From: Paracoccus suum | GTDB taxonomy: Bacteria; Pseudomonadota; Alphaproteobacteria; Rhodobacterales; Rhodobacteraceae | Direction of reading: 5' to 3' | NCBI RefSeq assembly: GCF_003324675.1 | Contig: NZ_CP030918.1 | Coordinates: forward strand, 2,160,001 to 2,192,000 | Length of the DNA: 32,000 bases | Shown: in pieces, positions 14,493-24,953 of the stretch | Position numbering within the stretch: position 1 is the stretch's first letter | How the letters are laid out: each line of letters opens with the position of its first letter | Program-made: the position numbers and the translations under genes | The notes under the pieces: generated by a model | Told to the model about the DNA's origin: nothing | The model's input: only the letters and a program-made list of their open reading frames with translations | Databases searched by the model: none

Positions 14493-15287
14493 ATGGATGA
14501 TGACGCAGCCGACATCGTCGCTACCGCTCACGCGCTGGCGGATGCCGCGCGGGCACAGACCCTGCCGCTGTTTCGCAGCCCGGCGCTGAAGCCGGACAAC
14601 AAGCTGACGAAGGGCTATGACCCGGTCACCGAGGCTGACCGCGCGGCCGAGCGTGCCATGCGCGACATCCTGGCCGTGCGCCGGCCGCACGATGCCATCA
14701 TCGGCGAGGAATACGGTGCGGCCCCTGGCACTAGCGGGATGACCTGGGTGCTGGATCCGATCGACGGCACCCGCGCCTTCATCAGCGGCGCGCCCAGTTG
14801 GGGCACCCTGATCGGCGTGACGGACAGCGATGGCCAAGCGCTGTTCGGCCTAGTCGACCAGCCCTTCACCGACGAGCGATTTGCCGGCGGGCTGCAGGTG
14901 GCCGAGGTGACGGGCCCTCGCGGCCGCCATCCGCTGCGCGTCCGCACCGACGTCGATCTGGCGGACGCCATCCTGATGACGACCTTTCCCGAACTCTCGG
15001 GCGTGGGCGCGGCGGCAGCCTTTGCCCGTGTCGCGGGCGCAGTCCGACTGACGCGCTATGGCCTTGATTGCTATGCCTATGCGTTGCTGGCCGCCGGGCA
15101 TGTCGATCTGGTGGTCGAATCCGGATTGCAGACCTATGACGTCGTAGCACCCATCGCCGTGATCCGCGCCGCCGGCGGGATCGTCACCGACTGGCAGGGC
15201 GGCCCGGCCGAGCCGGGCGGCCAGATCATCGCTGCCGCCAGTCCCGCCCTGCATGCCGCGGCCCTGCACCTGCTGGGTGCCCAGTGA
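14493..15287 (+). CDS. hisN: Inositol-monophosphatase-family phosphatase, probably histidinol-phosphatase
   Basis: PVTEADRAAERAMRDIL, IIGEEYG and WVLDPIDGTRAFISGAPSWGTLIG are IMPase metal-binding motifs. The HisN assignment rests on resemblance to alphaproteobacterial HisN and is less certain than the family call. Confidence 0.8.
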   Translation: MDDDAADIVATAHALADAARAQTLPLFRSPALKPDNKLTKGYDPVTEADRAAERAMRDILAVRRPHDAIIGEEYGAAPGTSGMTWVLDPIDGTRAFISGAPSWGTLIGVTDSDGQALFGLVDQPFTDERFAGGLQVAEVTGPRGRHPLRVRTDVDLADAILMTTFPELSGVGAAAAFARVAGAVRLTRYGLDCYAYALLAAGHVDLVVESGLQTYDVVAPIAVIRAAGGIVTDWQGGPAEPGGQIIAAASPALHAAALHLLGAQ

Positions 15288-16672
15288 ACGACCGCGCCCC
15301 GCAGACCGCCGAGGCCGAGGACGAGGACGACTTCGCCCCCTCGCGGGCCGAAGTCGTGGCCATCGAAGCCGCTGTTGACGCCGATGACGGCCCGCAGTTG
15401 GATGCCCTGCTGGAGCCGCTGCACGCCGCCGACATCGCAGACATCATCGAGCAGCTGACCCCGACGCGGCGGCGCGCCTTGCTGCGACTCTATTCCGGCG
15501 AGATCGACGGCGAGATCCTGTCCGAGATCGACGAAGCCATCCGCGAGGAGGTGATCGACGCACTGCCCCGCGAGGTGGTCGCCGAGGCCGTCCGCGAGAT
15601 GGACACCGACGATGTCGTCGACCTGGTCGAGGACCTCGACGCCCCGGACCGGGCCGAGATCCTCGCCGCGCTCGACGAATCCGACCGCGCCGCGGTCGAA
15701 CAGTCGCTGGCTTGGCCCGAATATTCGGCCGGCCGCCTGATGCAATCCGAGGTGGTGACCGCGCCCGGCCACTGGACCGTGGGCGAGACCATCGACTACC
15801 TGCGCCGCGAGGAAGAGCTGCCGGACCAGTTCTACCATGTGGTTCTGGTGGATCCTCGCCGCCATCCAACGGGCTATGTGACGCTGGGCCGGCTGCTGAG
15901 TTCCGCGCGCAACGTCCGTCTGGCCGACATCACCGAGGACAGCTTTCGCACCATCGACGCCGACGAGTACGAGGGCGACGTCGCCTATGCGTTCAACCAG
16001 TACCACCTGATCTCGGCGCCGGTCGTCGACTCTCACGACCGGCTGGTCGGCATCATCACCATCGATGACGCCATGGCCGTGCTGGACGAGGAGCACGAGG
16101 AGGACATGCTGAAGCTCGCCGGTGTGGGCGAGGAGAGCCATGTCACCGACAACGCAATTCAGACCGCGCGGCAACGCCTGCCGTGGCTGGTGGTCAACCT
16201 GTTTACTGCCTCGCTGTCGGCCCTCGTCATCTCGCGGTTCGAACACACCATCACCTCGCTGGTGACGCTGGCGGCGCTGATGCCCATCGTCGCTTCGACC
16301 GGCGGCATCGCCGGCACGCAGTCGCTGGCGGTGGCAGTGCGTGCGCTTGCCACACGCGACCTGACCAGCGGCAACGCCCGCCGCGTCGTCCTGCGCGAAT
16401 TGCTGGCGGGCATGCTGAACGGCCTCGGGCTCGCCCTCATCCTCGGGCTCGGGGGCAGTCTGCTGTTCGGCAGCCCCTGGCTGGGCGTGGTCCTGGCGGG
16501 CGCGATGATCGTGAACCAGATCGTCGCGGCACTCGGGGGCGTTCTGGTGCCGCTGACGCTGAGCCGTCTGGGCCTCGACCCGGCGCTCGCCTCGGGGACA
16601 TTCGTGACGACGCTGACCGATGTCATGGGCTTCTTTGCCTTCCTGTCGCTCGCGACATGGATCCTTCTCTGA
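15284..16672 (+). CDS. mgtE: Magnesium transporter MgtE
   Basis: Acidic MgtE N-domain (LHAADIADIIEQL), a CBS pair (APVVDSHDRLVGIITIDDAMAVL), and C-terminal TM domain ending in TFVTTLTDVMGFFAFL. GTG start overlaps the hisN stop (GTGA). Confidence 0.93.
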   Translation: MNDRAPQTAEAEDEDDFAPSRAEVVAIEAAVDADDGPQLDALLEPLHAADIADIIEQLTPTRRRALLRLYSGEIDGEILSEIDEAIREEVIDALPREVVAEAVREMDTDDVVDLVEDLDAPDRAEILAALDESDRAAVEQSLAWPEYSAGRLMQSEVVTAPGHWTVGETIDYLRREEELPDQFYHVVLVDPRRHPTGYVTLGRLLSSARNVRLADITEDSFRTIDADEYEGDVAYAFNQYHLISAPVVDSHDRLVGIITIDDAMAVLDEEHEEDMLKLAGVGEESHVTDNAIQTARQRLPWLVVNLFTASLSALVISRFEHTITSLVTLAALMPIVASTGGIAGTQSLAVAVRALATRDLTSGNARRVVLRELLAGMLNGLGLALILGLGGSLLFGSPWLGVVLAGAMIVNQIVAALGGVLVPLTLSRLGLDPALASGTFVTTLTDVMGFFAFLSLATWILL

Positions 16673-17220
16673 AATCCGCGCTGCGGGCGCAGGCATTGGC
16701 CGCCCGGGCCGCGGTGCAAAACCGCGACGTAGCAGAGGCGGCGATGAATGCGCATCTTGCGGCGCTGCTGGCGCGCCATCCGGAGGTCGTGGTCGCAGGC
16801 TATGTTCCGATGCGCGGCGAGGCCGATCCGCGCCCCGCGCTTTCCGGGCACAGCGGTCCCGTCTGCCTGCCCGTCGTGATGGCCCCGGCGGCGCCGCTTG
16901 CGTTTCGCCTCTGGCGTGGGGGCGATGCGCTGGAGGGGGGCGCCTTGGGGACCACCCACCCGCCCGAATCAGCCCCAGTTGTGACCCCAGATATTGTGGT
17001 GGTGCCCTTGGCCGGATTTGACGGGTCCGGGGGAAGGCTGGGCTATGGCGGCGGCTTCTATGACCGCACGCTAGCGCAACTGCGGCGCGCAGCCCCAGTG
17101 CTTGCAGTGGGATTCGCCTTCGAGGCGCAACGCCTGCCGCTGATTCCGGTCGAAGACACGGACGAGCCCCTTGATTTAATCGTCACACAATCCGGCTGCC
17201 ACAGCATCGCCAGGGCGTGA
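16657..17220 (+). CDS. 5-formyltetrahydrofolate cyclo-ligase
   Basis: MDPSLKSALRAQALAARAAV..., YVPMRGEADP and PLAGFDGSGGRLGYGGGFYDRTL (family signature GYG.G.YDR). The internal ATG of tracked ORF 16183..17220 overlaps the mgtE 3' end by 16 nt. Confidence 0.88.
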   Translation: MDPSLKSALRAQALAARAAVQNRDVAEAAMNAHLAALLARHPEVVVAGYVPMRGEADPRPALSGHSGPVCLPVVMAPAAPLAFRLWRGGDALEGGALGTTHPPESAPVVTPDIVVVPLAGFDGSGGRLGYGGGFYDRTLAQLRRAAPVLAVGFAFEAQRLPLIPVEDTDEPLDLIVTQSGCHSIARA

Positions 17221-17418
17221 GGACAGGTCTGGGGACAACTCCGGAACGACTCGCAAGGTGATGCCGCAAGCCCTTGCAACTGTTGGCGCGCGGCCTGTCC
17301 CGCCTTGTGGCGCCGTCTGTGGACCGCCGACCTGTCAACGAAAACCCTTCGCTAAAGTGCGAAAAATATTCGTTGCGATGGCTGCGCGAACGCGGCACTT
17401 AGTGTAAAAGGTTTACGG

Positions 17419-17435
17419 CACCACAAGATGTGGTG
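17419..17435 (+). promoter_or_regulatory. Perfect 7-3-7 inverted repeat CACCACA-AGA-TGTGGTG in the nrdJ leader (candidate operator or RNA hairpin)
   Basis: Read directly from the sequence. It lies ~155 nt upstream of the nrdJ ATG within a 370-nt non-coding leader. Resemblance to NrdR boxes is loose. Confidence 0.3.
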
Positions 17436-17590
17436 CGGACAAGCACCGACCCCTTCATCCGCCTACCGCATCCCATTGGGACGCGGCCCCTTCTGCTGAC
17501 GGCAGAGGCGGGGTGGACTTTGGGCCGGTGCAGCGGGTGGCGGCACATGGCGAACAGCCGGGTCGCGGGACGAGGGACAGGGGCGCAGCC

Positions 17591-20500
17591 ATGCAGATCG
17601 AACGGCATTTCACCTCCGAGGCCAAGGGCGGCCAGGGCAACGCCTATGGCGGTATCGGCTTTACCATCACCACCTCGGAAATCCGCAACCCGGACGGGAC
17701 TGTCGTCTTCCGCAACGAGGCAGTCGAGGTCCCCCGCGGCTGGAGCCAGGTCGCCAGCGATGTCATCGCCCAGAAATATTTCCGCAAGGCCGGCGTTCCC
17801 GCGCGACTGAAGCGCGTCCGTGAAAAGGACGTCCCCGAGTTCCTGTGGCGCAGCATCCCCGACGAGGCGGCGCTGGCCAGCCTGCCGGAGGACCAACGGT
17901 TCGTGGGCGAGACCTCGGCCCGCCAGGTGTTCGACCGCATGGCCGGGGCCTGGGCCTATTGGGGCTGGAAGGGCGGCTATTTCACCACCGAGGCCGACGC
18001 GGAAGCCTACTACGACGAAATGCGCCACATGCTGGCCCGGCAGATGGGCGCGCCGAACAGCCCCCAGTGGTTCAACACCGGGCTGCACTGGGCGTATGGC
18101 ATCGACGGACCGGGGCAGGGGCATTTCTATGTCGACTACAAGACCGGCAAGTTGACCGCCTCGACCTCGGCCTACGAACATCCGCAGCCGCATGCCTGCT
18201 TCATCCAGTCGGTCAGCGACGATCTGGTCAACGACGGCGGCATCATGGATCTGTGGGTCCGCGAGGCGCGACTCTTCAAATACGGCAGCGGCACCGGGAC
18301 CAACTTCTCGTCTCTGCGCGGCGAGGGCGAGCGGCTGTCGGGCGGCGGCAAATCCTCGGGCCTGATGGGCTTTCTGAAGATCGGCGACCGGGCGGCGGGC
18401 GCCATCAAATCGGGCGGCACCACGCGCCGCGCCGCCAAAATGGTCATCTGCGACATGGACCACCCCGATATCGAGGCCTTCATCAACTGGAAGGTCATCG
18501 AGGAGCAGAAGGTGGCCAGCCTCGTCGCCGGCAGCAAGGCGCATGAGCAGAAGCTGAACTGGATCTTCACTGCCGTGAAGGGATGGGACGGCAGCATTGA
18601 GGACGCCACCGACCCGGCGAAGAACGCCGCGCTGAAGGGCGCGATCCGGTCGGCCAAGAAGGCCATGATCCCCGAGACATACATCAACCGGGTTCTGCAA
18701 TACGCCCGGCAGGGTTTTGATTCGATTGAATTCCCGACCTACGATACCGACTGGGACAGCGAGGCCTATGTCACCGTCTCGGGCCAGAACAGCAATAACT
18801 CCGTCCGTGTGACCGACGCCTTCCTGAAGGCCGTGCATGACGACGCCGACTGGGCCCTGTTGCGCCGCACCGATGGCAAGACCGCCAAGACGGTGCGGGC
18901 GCGCGATCTGTGGGACCAGATCGGCCATGCCGCCTGGGCCTGCGCGGATCCGGGTATCCAGTTCCACGATACGGTCAACGCTTGGCACACCTGTCCGGCG
19001 GACGGGGCGATCCGCGGCTCGAACCCGTGCAGCGAATATATGTTCCTCGACGATACCGCCTGCAATCTGGCGTCGATGAACCTGCTGACTTTCTGGGCCA
19101 ACGGCCGCTTTGACGCGGATGCCTATGTCCACGCGACGCGCCTGTGGACCGTGACGCTGGAGATCAGCGTGCTGATGGCGCAGTTCCCCTCCAGGGAGAT
19201 CGCCCAGCGCAGCTATGACTACCGCACGCTTGGCCTTGGCTATGCCAATATCGGCGGCCTGCTGATGAACATGGGCCTTGGCTATGACAGCGCCGAGGGG
19301 CGGGCGCTGTGCGGCGCGCTGTCCGCGATCATGACCGGCGTTGCCTATGCCACCTCGGCCGAGATGGCGGGCGAGCTTGGCGCGTTCCCCGGCTATGGCC
19401 GCAATGCCGACGCCATGCTGCGCGTCATTCGCAACCACCGCGCTGCGGCGCATGGCACGGCCTATGAGGGGTTGAACGTCCCGGCCGTCGCGCTCGACGC
19501 GGCGCACTGCCCCGACCGCCGGCTGGTGGATCTGGCCCGCGCCTCTTGGGACGAGGCGCTGCGCCTCGGCCAGGCGCACGGCTATCGCAACGCCCAGACC
19601 AGCGTTGTCGCCCCCACGGGGACTATTGGCCTGGTGATGGATTGCGACACTACCGGGATCGAGCCCGACTTTGCCCTGGTCAAGTTCAAGAAGCTGGCCG
19701 GTGGCGGCTATTTCAAGATCATCAACCAGTCGGTCCCCGAGGCGCTGCGGGTCCTCGGCTATGGTCCGGCTCAGGCGGCCGAGATCGTCGCCCATGCCGT
19801 GGGTCACGCATCCTTGGGCAACTGCCCGCATATCAACCCCACCGCGCTCGCCGGTCACGGCTTCGGTCCGACCGAGATCGCAAAGGTCGAGGGCGCGCTC
19901 GCCTCGGCCTTCGACATCCGCTTCGTGTTCAACCAGTGGACCCTGGGCGAGGATTTCTGCCGCGGCACGCTGGGTATTCCGGCCGAACGGCTGGCTGACC
20001 CGACCTTCGACCTGCTTGCACACCTCGGGTTCACCAAGGCGCAAATCGCTGCTGCCAACGATCATGTCTGCGGCACCATGACCCTTGAGGGCGCTCCGCA
20101 TCTGAAGCCTGAGCACTACCCGGTGTTCGACTGCGCCAATGCCTGCGGCCGGACCGGCACGCGCTATCTGTCGGTCGACAGCCACATCCGGATGATGGCG
20201 GCGGCGCAGAGCTTTATCTCGGGCGCGATCAGCAAGACGATCAACATGCCCAACGATGCCAGCATCAGCGATGCGCTGGCCGCCTACGAGTTGTCCTGGT
20301 CCCTCGGGATCAAGGCCAATGCCCTCTACCGCGACGGCAGCAAGCTGAGCCAGCCGCTCGCATCCGCGCTGGTCGAGGATGACGACGAGGCCGAGGAGGT
20401 CATGGCCACCGGCTCGCTGCACGAGAAGGTCACGGTCATGGCCGAGAAGGTGGTCGAAAAGATCATCGTCAAGGAAATGGTCCGCAGTCACCGCGAAAAG

Positions 20501-21244
20501 CTGCCCGGCCGGCGCAAGGGTTATACCCAAAAGGCCATCGTCGGCGGCCACAAGGTCTATCTGCGGACGGGCGAATACGACAGCGGCTCCTTGGGCGAGA
20601 TCTTCATCGACATGCATAAGGAAGGTGCCGGCTTCCGCGCGATGATGAACAACTTCGCCATCGCGGTGTCGGTCGGCCTGCAATACGGCGTGCCGTTGGA
20701 GGAGTTCGTGGACGCGTTCACCTTCACCAAGTTCGAGCCCGCAGGCATGGTCCAGGGCAACGACAGCATCAAGTCGGCGACCTCGATCCTCGACTATGTG
20801 TTCCGCGAACTCGCGGTCAGCTACCTCGACCGCACCGACCTGGCGCATGTCAAACCGGAGGGCGCCAGCTTTGACGACCTTGGCGGCGGCGTCGCCGAGG
20901 GCCGCAACATCGCCGAGGTCAGCGAGGAGAAATCCAAGGGGCTGGAGATGCTGCGCCAGATCAGCAGCACCGGCTATCTGAGGAAGCGCCTTCCGCAAGA
21001 GCTGATGGTCCTGCAGGGCGGCGCCTCGTCGACTGCGCTGGGCCGGGCGACCAGCGCCGGATTTGCCGAGGGTGCGGTCAGCTTCGAGGCGGCGTCGATG
21101 ACCGTCACCATGGATGCCCGCGCAAAGGCCAAGATGCAGGGTTACGAGGGCGAGGCCTGCGGCGAATGCGGCAACTTCACGCTGGTGCGCAACGGCACCT
21201 GCATGAAGTGCAACACCTGCGGCGGCACCAGCGGCTGCAGCTGA
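17591..21244 (+). CDS. nrdJ: Adenosylcobalamin-dependent (class II) ribonucleoside-diphosphate reductase
   Basis: [10 protein letters not shown]...[49 protein letters not shown] and the C-terminal Cys cluster [29 protein letters not shown] prefer the start at the internal ATG of tracked ORF 17513. Confidence 0.95.
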   Translation: MQIERHFTSEAKGGQGNAYGGIGFTITTSEIRNPDGTVVFRNEAVEVPRGWSQVASDVIAQKYFRKAGVPARLKRVREKDVPEFLWRSIPDEAALASLPEDQRFVGETSARQVFDRMAGAWAYWGWKGGYFTTEADAEAYYDEMRHMLARQMGAPNSPQWFNTGLHWAYGIDGPGQGHFYVDYKTGKLTASTSAYEHPQPHACFIQSVSDDLVNDGGIMDLWVREARLFKYGSGTGTNFSSLRGEGERLSGGGKSSGLMGFLKIGDRAAGAIKSGGTTRRAAKMVICDMDHPDIEAFINWKVIEEQKVASLVAGSKAHEQKLNWIFTAVKGWDGSIEDATDPAKNAALKGAIRSAKKAMIPETYINRVLQYARQGFDSIEFPTYDTDWDSEAYVTVSGQNSNNSVRVTDAFLKAVHDDADWALLRRTDGKTAKTVRARDLWDQIGHAAWACADPGIQFHDTVNAWHTCPADGAIRGSNPCSEYMFLDDTACNLASMNLLTFWANGRFDADAYVHATRLWTVTLEISVLMAQFPSREIAQRSYDYRTLGLGYANIGGLLMNMGLGYDSAEGRALCGALSAIMTGVAYATSAEMAGELGAFPGYGRNADAMLRVIRNHRAAAHGTAYEGLNVPAVALDAAHCPDRRLVDLARASWDEALRLGQAHGYRNAQTSVVAPTGTIGLVMDCDTTGIEPDFALVKFKKLAGGGYFKIINQSVPEALRVLGYGPAQAAEIVAHAVGHASLGNCPHINPTALAGHGFGPTEIAKVEGALASAFDIRFVFNQWTLGEDFCRGTLGIPAERLADPTFDLLAHLGFTKAQIAAANDHVCGTMTLEGAPHLKPEHYPVFDCANACGRTGTRYLSVDSHIRMMAAAQSFISGAISKTINMPNDASISDALAAYELSWSLGIKANALYRDGSKLSQPLASALVEDDDEAEEVMATGSLHEKVTVMAEKVVEKIIVKEMVRSHREKLPGRRKGYTQKAIVGGHKVYLRTGEYDSGSLGEIFIDMHKEGAGFRAMMNNFAIAVSVGLQYGVPLEEFVDAFTFTKFEPAGMVQGNDSIKSATSILDYVFRELAVSYLDRTDLAHVKPEGASFDDLGGGVAEGRNIAEVSEEKSKGLEMLRQISSTGYLRKRLPQELMVLQGGASSTALGRATSAGFAEGAVSFEAASMTVTMDARAKAKMQGYEGEACGECGNFTLVRNGTCMKCNTCGGTSGCS

Positions 21245-21261
21245 TCGAAGGGAGAAGCGTC

Positions 21262-21444
21262 ATGGCGACAAACACCGGGGACGGCCACCGTATCGGTTCG
21301 GTCAAGGATCGCACCCAGATCAAGGGCGAGGACGGTCACCACACCAAGCGCGACCGGACCACGGGCGAGTTCATGGACCGCAAGGCCGATGACAAGCCCT
21401 TCAAGGGCGTCGCGAAAGAGCCTGACAAGCGTCAGGACAAGTAA
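21262..21444 (+). CDS. Conserved small basic hydrophilic protein (60 aa), unknown function
   Basis: AAGGGAGA RBS. GSVKDRTQIKG...KRDRTTGEFMDRKADDKPFKGVAKE resembles a widespread small-protein family (…TG.FMD.K…PFKGV.KE) that I recall. Confidence 0.65.
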   Translation: MATNTGDGHRIGSVKDRTQIKGEDGHHTKRDRTTGEFMDRKADDKPFKGVAKEPDKRQDK

Positions 21445-21495
21445 TCCCCGCACGCGGGGGTAAACAGGCGGCAAACCGCGAGCAGAACAAGACTT

Positions 21496-21526
21496 GGCCC
21501 GAGGGGTGAACCCTCGGGCCTTTTTT
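21496..21526 (+). terminator. Intrinsic terminator between the convergent nrdJ-small gene unit and emrB
   Basis: GGCCCGAGGG-GTGAA-CCCTCGGGCC followed by TTTTTT. Confidence 0.8.
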
Positions 21527-21547
21527 CAGGCCCGCTGTGCGACGTGC

Positions 21548-23143
21548 CTAGTCCATATGCGCGGCCGCCGCAGGGCCGCCACCACGCTTGGGCCGGCGGA
21601 GCAAAAACACCAGCGGCAGGGCCGCAAGCGTCACCCACATCATCGCCAGGAAGTTGTTGAGATAGCTGATCATCAACGCCTGAACGTTGATCATCCCGTC
21701 CAGCACCGCCAGCGCGCTGCCGCCCGGCAGGCGGCCTGCGACCGGCAGCATCGATTGCACCTCGGGCGCGGTGGGCACGATCAGCGCCGACAGTTCGACA
21801 TGGTTCACCTGCACGTTGCGCGTCAGCAGGAACGAGACGACCGAAATCCCGATCGAACTGCCGATGTTGCGCACAAGGCTGAACAGGGCGGTCGCGTCGG
21901 CGCGCAGCCGCGGCTCGATGGTGGCAAAGGCGACGGTGGACAGCGGTACGAACACCAGACCGAGGCCAATGCCCTGGATGATGCCGCTCTCGATGATTAG
22001 GCGGTTCGACATATCGGGGCTGAACCCGGTCATCAGATACAGCGACCACGAGGTCAGCAGCAGGCCCGTGACGATTAGCGCCCGCGGGTCGACGATCTGC
22101 ACCAGCCGCCCGACGAGGATCATCGAGAACATCGTTCCGACCCCGCGCGGGGCCATAACAAGGCCGGTGGTAATGACCGGATAGCCGTAGATGCGCGACA
22201 GCATCGGCGGCAACAGCGCCATGCTGGCAAGCAACACGACGCCGATCACGAAGATCAGCACCAGTCCCGTCGAAAAGTTACGGTCGCGGAACATGCGCGG
22301 CTCTAGGAACGGCTTTTGCGCGGTGGCGATATGGACGATGGCAACCCAGAAGCCGGTGATGGCGAGGCCAAGCTCGATCCAGACCTCGGTCGAGTTGAAC
22401 CAGTCGACCTCGCCGCCCCGGTCCAGCATCAGTTGCAGCGAGCCGACCCCGAGGGCGATGAAGGCAAAGCCGATCAGGTCGAAATAACGCCGCACGGTGG
22501 CCTTTTCGGGCAGCGTGGCCAGACAGCCGAGGAAGGCGGCGATGCCGACCGGCAGGTTGATGAGGAACACCCAGCGCCAGTCAAAGCTCTCGGTCAGCCA
22601 GCCGCCCAAGGTGGGGCCGATGATCGGGCCGACCATGATTCCGGCGCCCCACAGCGCCATGGCCTGGCCCTGCTTTTCGGGTGGGTTGATGTCCAGCATG
22701 AAGGTCTGGGACAGCGGCACAATGGCCGCGCCGAACACGCCCTGCAGCAGGCGAAAGGCGACCATGCTGTTGAGGTTCCAGGCCAGCCCGCAGGCCAGCG
22801 AGGCGACGACAAAGCCTGCCACCGACACCAGAAACAGCCGCTTGCGGCCAATCCGGTCGGCCAGCCAGCCAGTCATCGGCGTCATGATTGCGGCGGCGAC
22901 GATATAGCTGGTCAGCACCCAGTTGATGGTGTCCGCGGATGCCCCCAGGTCGGCCTGCATCGAGGGCAGGGCGACGTTGGCGATGGTGGTGTCCAGCACC
23001 TGCATCACCGTCGCCAGCATGATCGAGATGGTGATCAGGCCCTTGTTGTTGACCTCGATCGAGGCGCGGCCGGGCTGCGGGCGGGGTGACGCCGTGGCCG
23101 CGCCGGAGGGGGCCGCGCCCGCCATGGCAGGCGCGCGGCTCAT
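21548..23143 (-). CDS. emrB: MFS DHA2-family multidrug efflux permease (EmrB/QacA type, 14 TMS)
   Basis: LITISIMLATVMQVLDTTIANVALPSMQADLGAS...WVLTSYIVAAAIMTPMTGWLADRIGRKRLF, the typical EmrB N-terminus, with hydrophobicity throughout. Confidence 0.92.
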   Translation of the reverse strand: MSRAPAMAGAAPSGAATASPRPQPGRASIEVNNKGLITISIMLATVMQVLDTTIANVALPSMQADLGASADTINWVLTSYIVAAAIMTPMTGWLADRIGRKRLFLVSVAGFVVASLACGLAWNLNSMVAFRLLQGVFGAAIVPLSQTFMLDINPPEKQGQAMALWGAGIMVGPIIGPTLGGWLTESFDWRWVFLINLPVGIAAFLGCLATLPEKATVRRYFDLIGFAFIALGVGSLQLMLDRGGEVDWFNSTEVWIELGLAITGFWVAIVHIATAQKPFLEPRMFRDRNFSTGLVLIFVIGVVLLASMALLPPMLSRIYGYPVITTGLVMAPRGVGTMFSMILVGRLVQIVDPRALIVTGLLLTSWSLYLMTGFSPDMSNRLIIESGIIQGIGLGLVFVPLSTVAFATIEPRLRADATALFSLVRNIGSSIGISVVSFLLTRNVQVNHVELSALIVPTAPEVQSMLPVAGRLPGGSALAVLDGMINVQALMISYLNNFLAMMWVTLAALPLVFLLRRPKRGGGPAAAAHMD

Positions 23144-24483
23144 GGCGCTGCCGTGGCCGGCGTGCCGGTGGTGCCGTCAGGCGTCACCGGGGCAGGGGCC
23201 GTGGTGACGGGGGGCGGGGCGGCGGCCGGAAGCGTCGCCGGCAGATGCGCCGCGTCCGAGGGGCCGGTGGTCTTGGTTGTCGTGGTCACGCTTGCGCCGG
23301 CGGTCGCCTTGCCATTGCCGATCTTGGCCGCCGCGGCATTCGCGCGATCACCCAGCCGCTGCAGGCCGGTCTGGCGGCCGGTATCGACCTTGACCGTCGC
23401 GCTGAGGCCCGAGCGCAGGTCGCCAATTTCCTGCCCTTCGGTCAGACGCAGGCGAACCGGCACGCGTTGGGTGACCTTGACCCAGTTGCCGGACGCGTTC
23501 TGGGCCGGAAGCAGCGAGAATTCCGCCCCGGTGCCGGCGCCAACCGCCTGGACAGTGCCGTGGTAGGTGCGGCCCGGAAAAGCGTCGAACTCGACCTCTG
23601 CCGGCTCGCCGGGGCGCAGGGCCTCCAGCTGGGTTTCCTTGAAGTTGGCATCGACCCAGGAATCGCCGGTCGCGACCAGCGAGAAGGCGGGCGAGCCCGC
23701 GGCCACGAATTGGCCGGGGCGGAACGACGCGGCCTGATAGACAATCCCCGCCATCGGCGCGCGCACCTCGGTCTGGGTCAGGGTGTAGGCGGCTTTGTCA
23801 CGGGCAGCGATGGCCTGGAGCACCAGCGGATGGCTGTCGACCGGCGCCTGCGGATCGCCGCCAAGTGCGGCGGCCGCGCCCTGCACACCGACATCGGCCG
23901 CGGCGAGCGCCTGCTTGGCGCGCAGCAGGTCGTGCTGGGCGCTGTCCTGGTTGGCCGCGCTGCTGACGCCGCGCTTTGTCAGCGTCGCCTGGCGTTGGGC
24001 CTCGGTCTCGACGAAGTCCAGATCGCCCTGCGCCAGATTGCGCTGGGCATCGGCCGCCGACAGGGCCGCCTTCAGCTGCGCGACCTGCACACGGGCGGCA
24101 GCGACCGATGCATCGGCCTGTTGCAGGGCCAGCTTGTAGGGCTCGGGATCGACGCGGAACAGCAACGCACCCTTGGCGACGGGCTGGTTGTCCACCGCGC
24201 CCACCTCGGCGACCCGGCCGGACAGATCGGACGCGATCAGCAGCCGGGCCTGGTGCAGGTTGGCGTTATCGGTTTCCTCGTAGCGCCCGCCGCTGAGCCA
24301 GACATACCCGCCCACCAATGCCAGCAGCATCGGGACAGAGAACATGAGGATGCGCCGGCGGCCGCGCTTTGGCGCGGGCTCGACGGTCGGGGCGATGGCC
24401 GGGGCAGGGGGCGCAGTCGCGGGTTTCATCGGTTCGGCAGCAGCCTTGGCATTGCTCGAATCAAGGGGTGTCTCGGCGTTCAT
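23140..24483 (-). CDS. emrA: HlyD-family membrane fusion protein (EmrA type) with Pro/Thr/Ala-rich C-terminal tail
   Basis: N-terminal TM segment, ETDNANLHQARLLIASDLSGRVAEV (lipoyl-like), coiled-coil hairpin segments, and GNWVKVTQRVPVRLRL. The stop overlaps the emrB start (ATGA). Confidence 0.9.
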   Translation of the reverse strand: MNAETPLDSSNAKAAAEPMKPATAPPAPAIAPTVEPAPKRGRRRILMFSVPMLLALVGGYVWLSGGRYEETDNANLHQARLLIASDLSGRVAEVGAVDNQPVAKGALLFRVDPEPYKLALQQADASVAAARVQVAQLKAALSAADAQRNLAQGDLDFVETEAQRQATLTKRGVSSAANQDSAQHDLLRAKQALAAADVGVQGAAAALGGDPQAPVDSHPLVLQAIAARDKAAYTLTQTEVRAPMAGIVYQAASFRPGQFVAAGSPAFSLVATGDSWVDANFKETQLEALRPGEPAEVEFDAFPGRTYHGTVQAVGAGTGAEFSLLPAQNASGNWVKVTQRVPVRLRLTEGQEIGDLRSGLSATVKVDTGRQTGLQRLGDRANAAAAKIGNGKATAGASVTTTTKTTGPSDAAHLPATLPAAAPPPVTTAPAPVTPDGTTGTPATAAP

Positions 24484-24953
24484 GCCTCAGCTCCGATTTT
24501 GGATGTGCCGCAGGCCGTCTCGCCGTCAGCGGTCGCAAGGTTCAGGTTCATGCGGTCGATCAGACCCATCAGGGTGTCGATCTCGGACCGCGAAAAGCCG
24601 CGCAGCGCCTCGGCATAGACCGCCTCGGCCACGTCCCCCAGCCGCGAGAGCGAGTTCATCGCGCGCGCGGTGGGCCGGACGATGCGGGCGCGGCGGTCGG
24701 TCGGATCGGGCTCGCGGCTGACCCAGCCACCCTGTTCCATCCGGTCGATCATGCGCGAGACACTGATCGGCTCGATCTCCAAGGCTTCGGCGAGGCGCGC
24801 CTGCCGCATCTCGCCGGCGCGGCGCAGCAGCACCAGCAGACGCCATTGCGCGCTGGTTAGCGACCGGTCGCGCGTACGCTCCTCGAAGCGGCGGCTGAGG
24901 CGGCGGCCAATATGATGCATCATGACGGCAAGGCCGTGGGCGGGATGTTCCAT
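24480..24953 (-). CDS. MarR-family transcriptional regulator (EmrR-like)
   Basis: LTSAQWRLLVLLRRAGEMRQARLAEALEIEPISVSRMIDRMEQGGWVSREPDPTDRRARIV (winged HTH). I prefer the start at the internal M (MEHPAHG) of tracked ORF 24480..25007. The stop overlaps the emrA start. Confidence 0.85.
   Translation of the reverse strand: MEHPAHGLAVMMHHIGRRLSRRFEERTRDRSLTSAQWRLLVLLRRAGEMRQARLAEALEIEPISVSRMIDRMEQGGWVSREPDPTDRRARIVRPTARAMNSLSRLGDVAEAVYAEALRGFSRSEIDTLMGLIDRMNLNLATADGETACGTSKIGAEA

Noticed and set aside
17221-17590. Possible cobalamin riboswitch upstream of the B12-dependent nrdJ, and likewise at 25008..25112 upstream of metH.
   Set aside because: I could not find a B12-box-like element or the conserved GGGAA/GCCACTG-type core by eye. 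Riboswitch repression by B12 is also not expected for enzymes that use B12. A covariance-model scan would be needed to exclude it fully.
17399-20998. A 1199-aa minus-strand ORF antisense to nrdJ. Similar long shadow ORFs occur at 386..1363(-), 3663..4544(-), 7956..8909(-), 10030..10938(-), 15134..16696(-), 23086..24618(+), 25587..27638(-), 27678..28970(-) and 29683..31503(-).
   Set aside because: Stop-poor antisense frames are typical of high-GC DNA. The products are Arg/Ala/Gly/Pro-rich low-complexity strings with no recognisable motifs. The opposite strand in each case encodes a protein with unmistakable family signatures.
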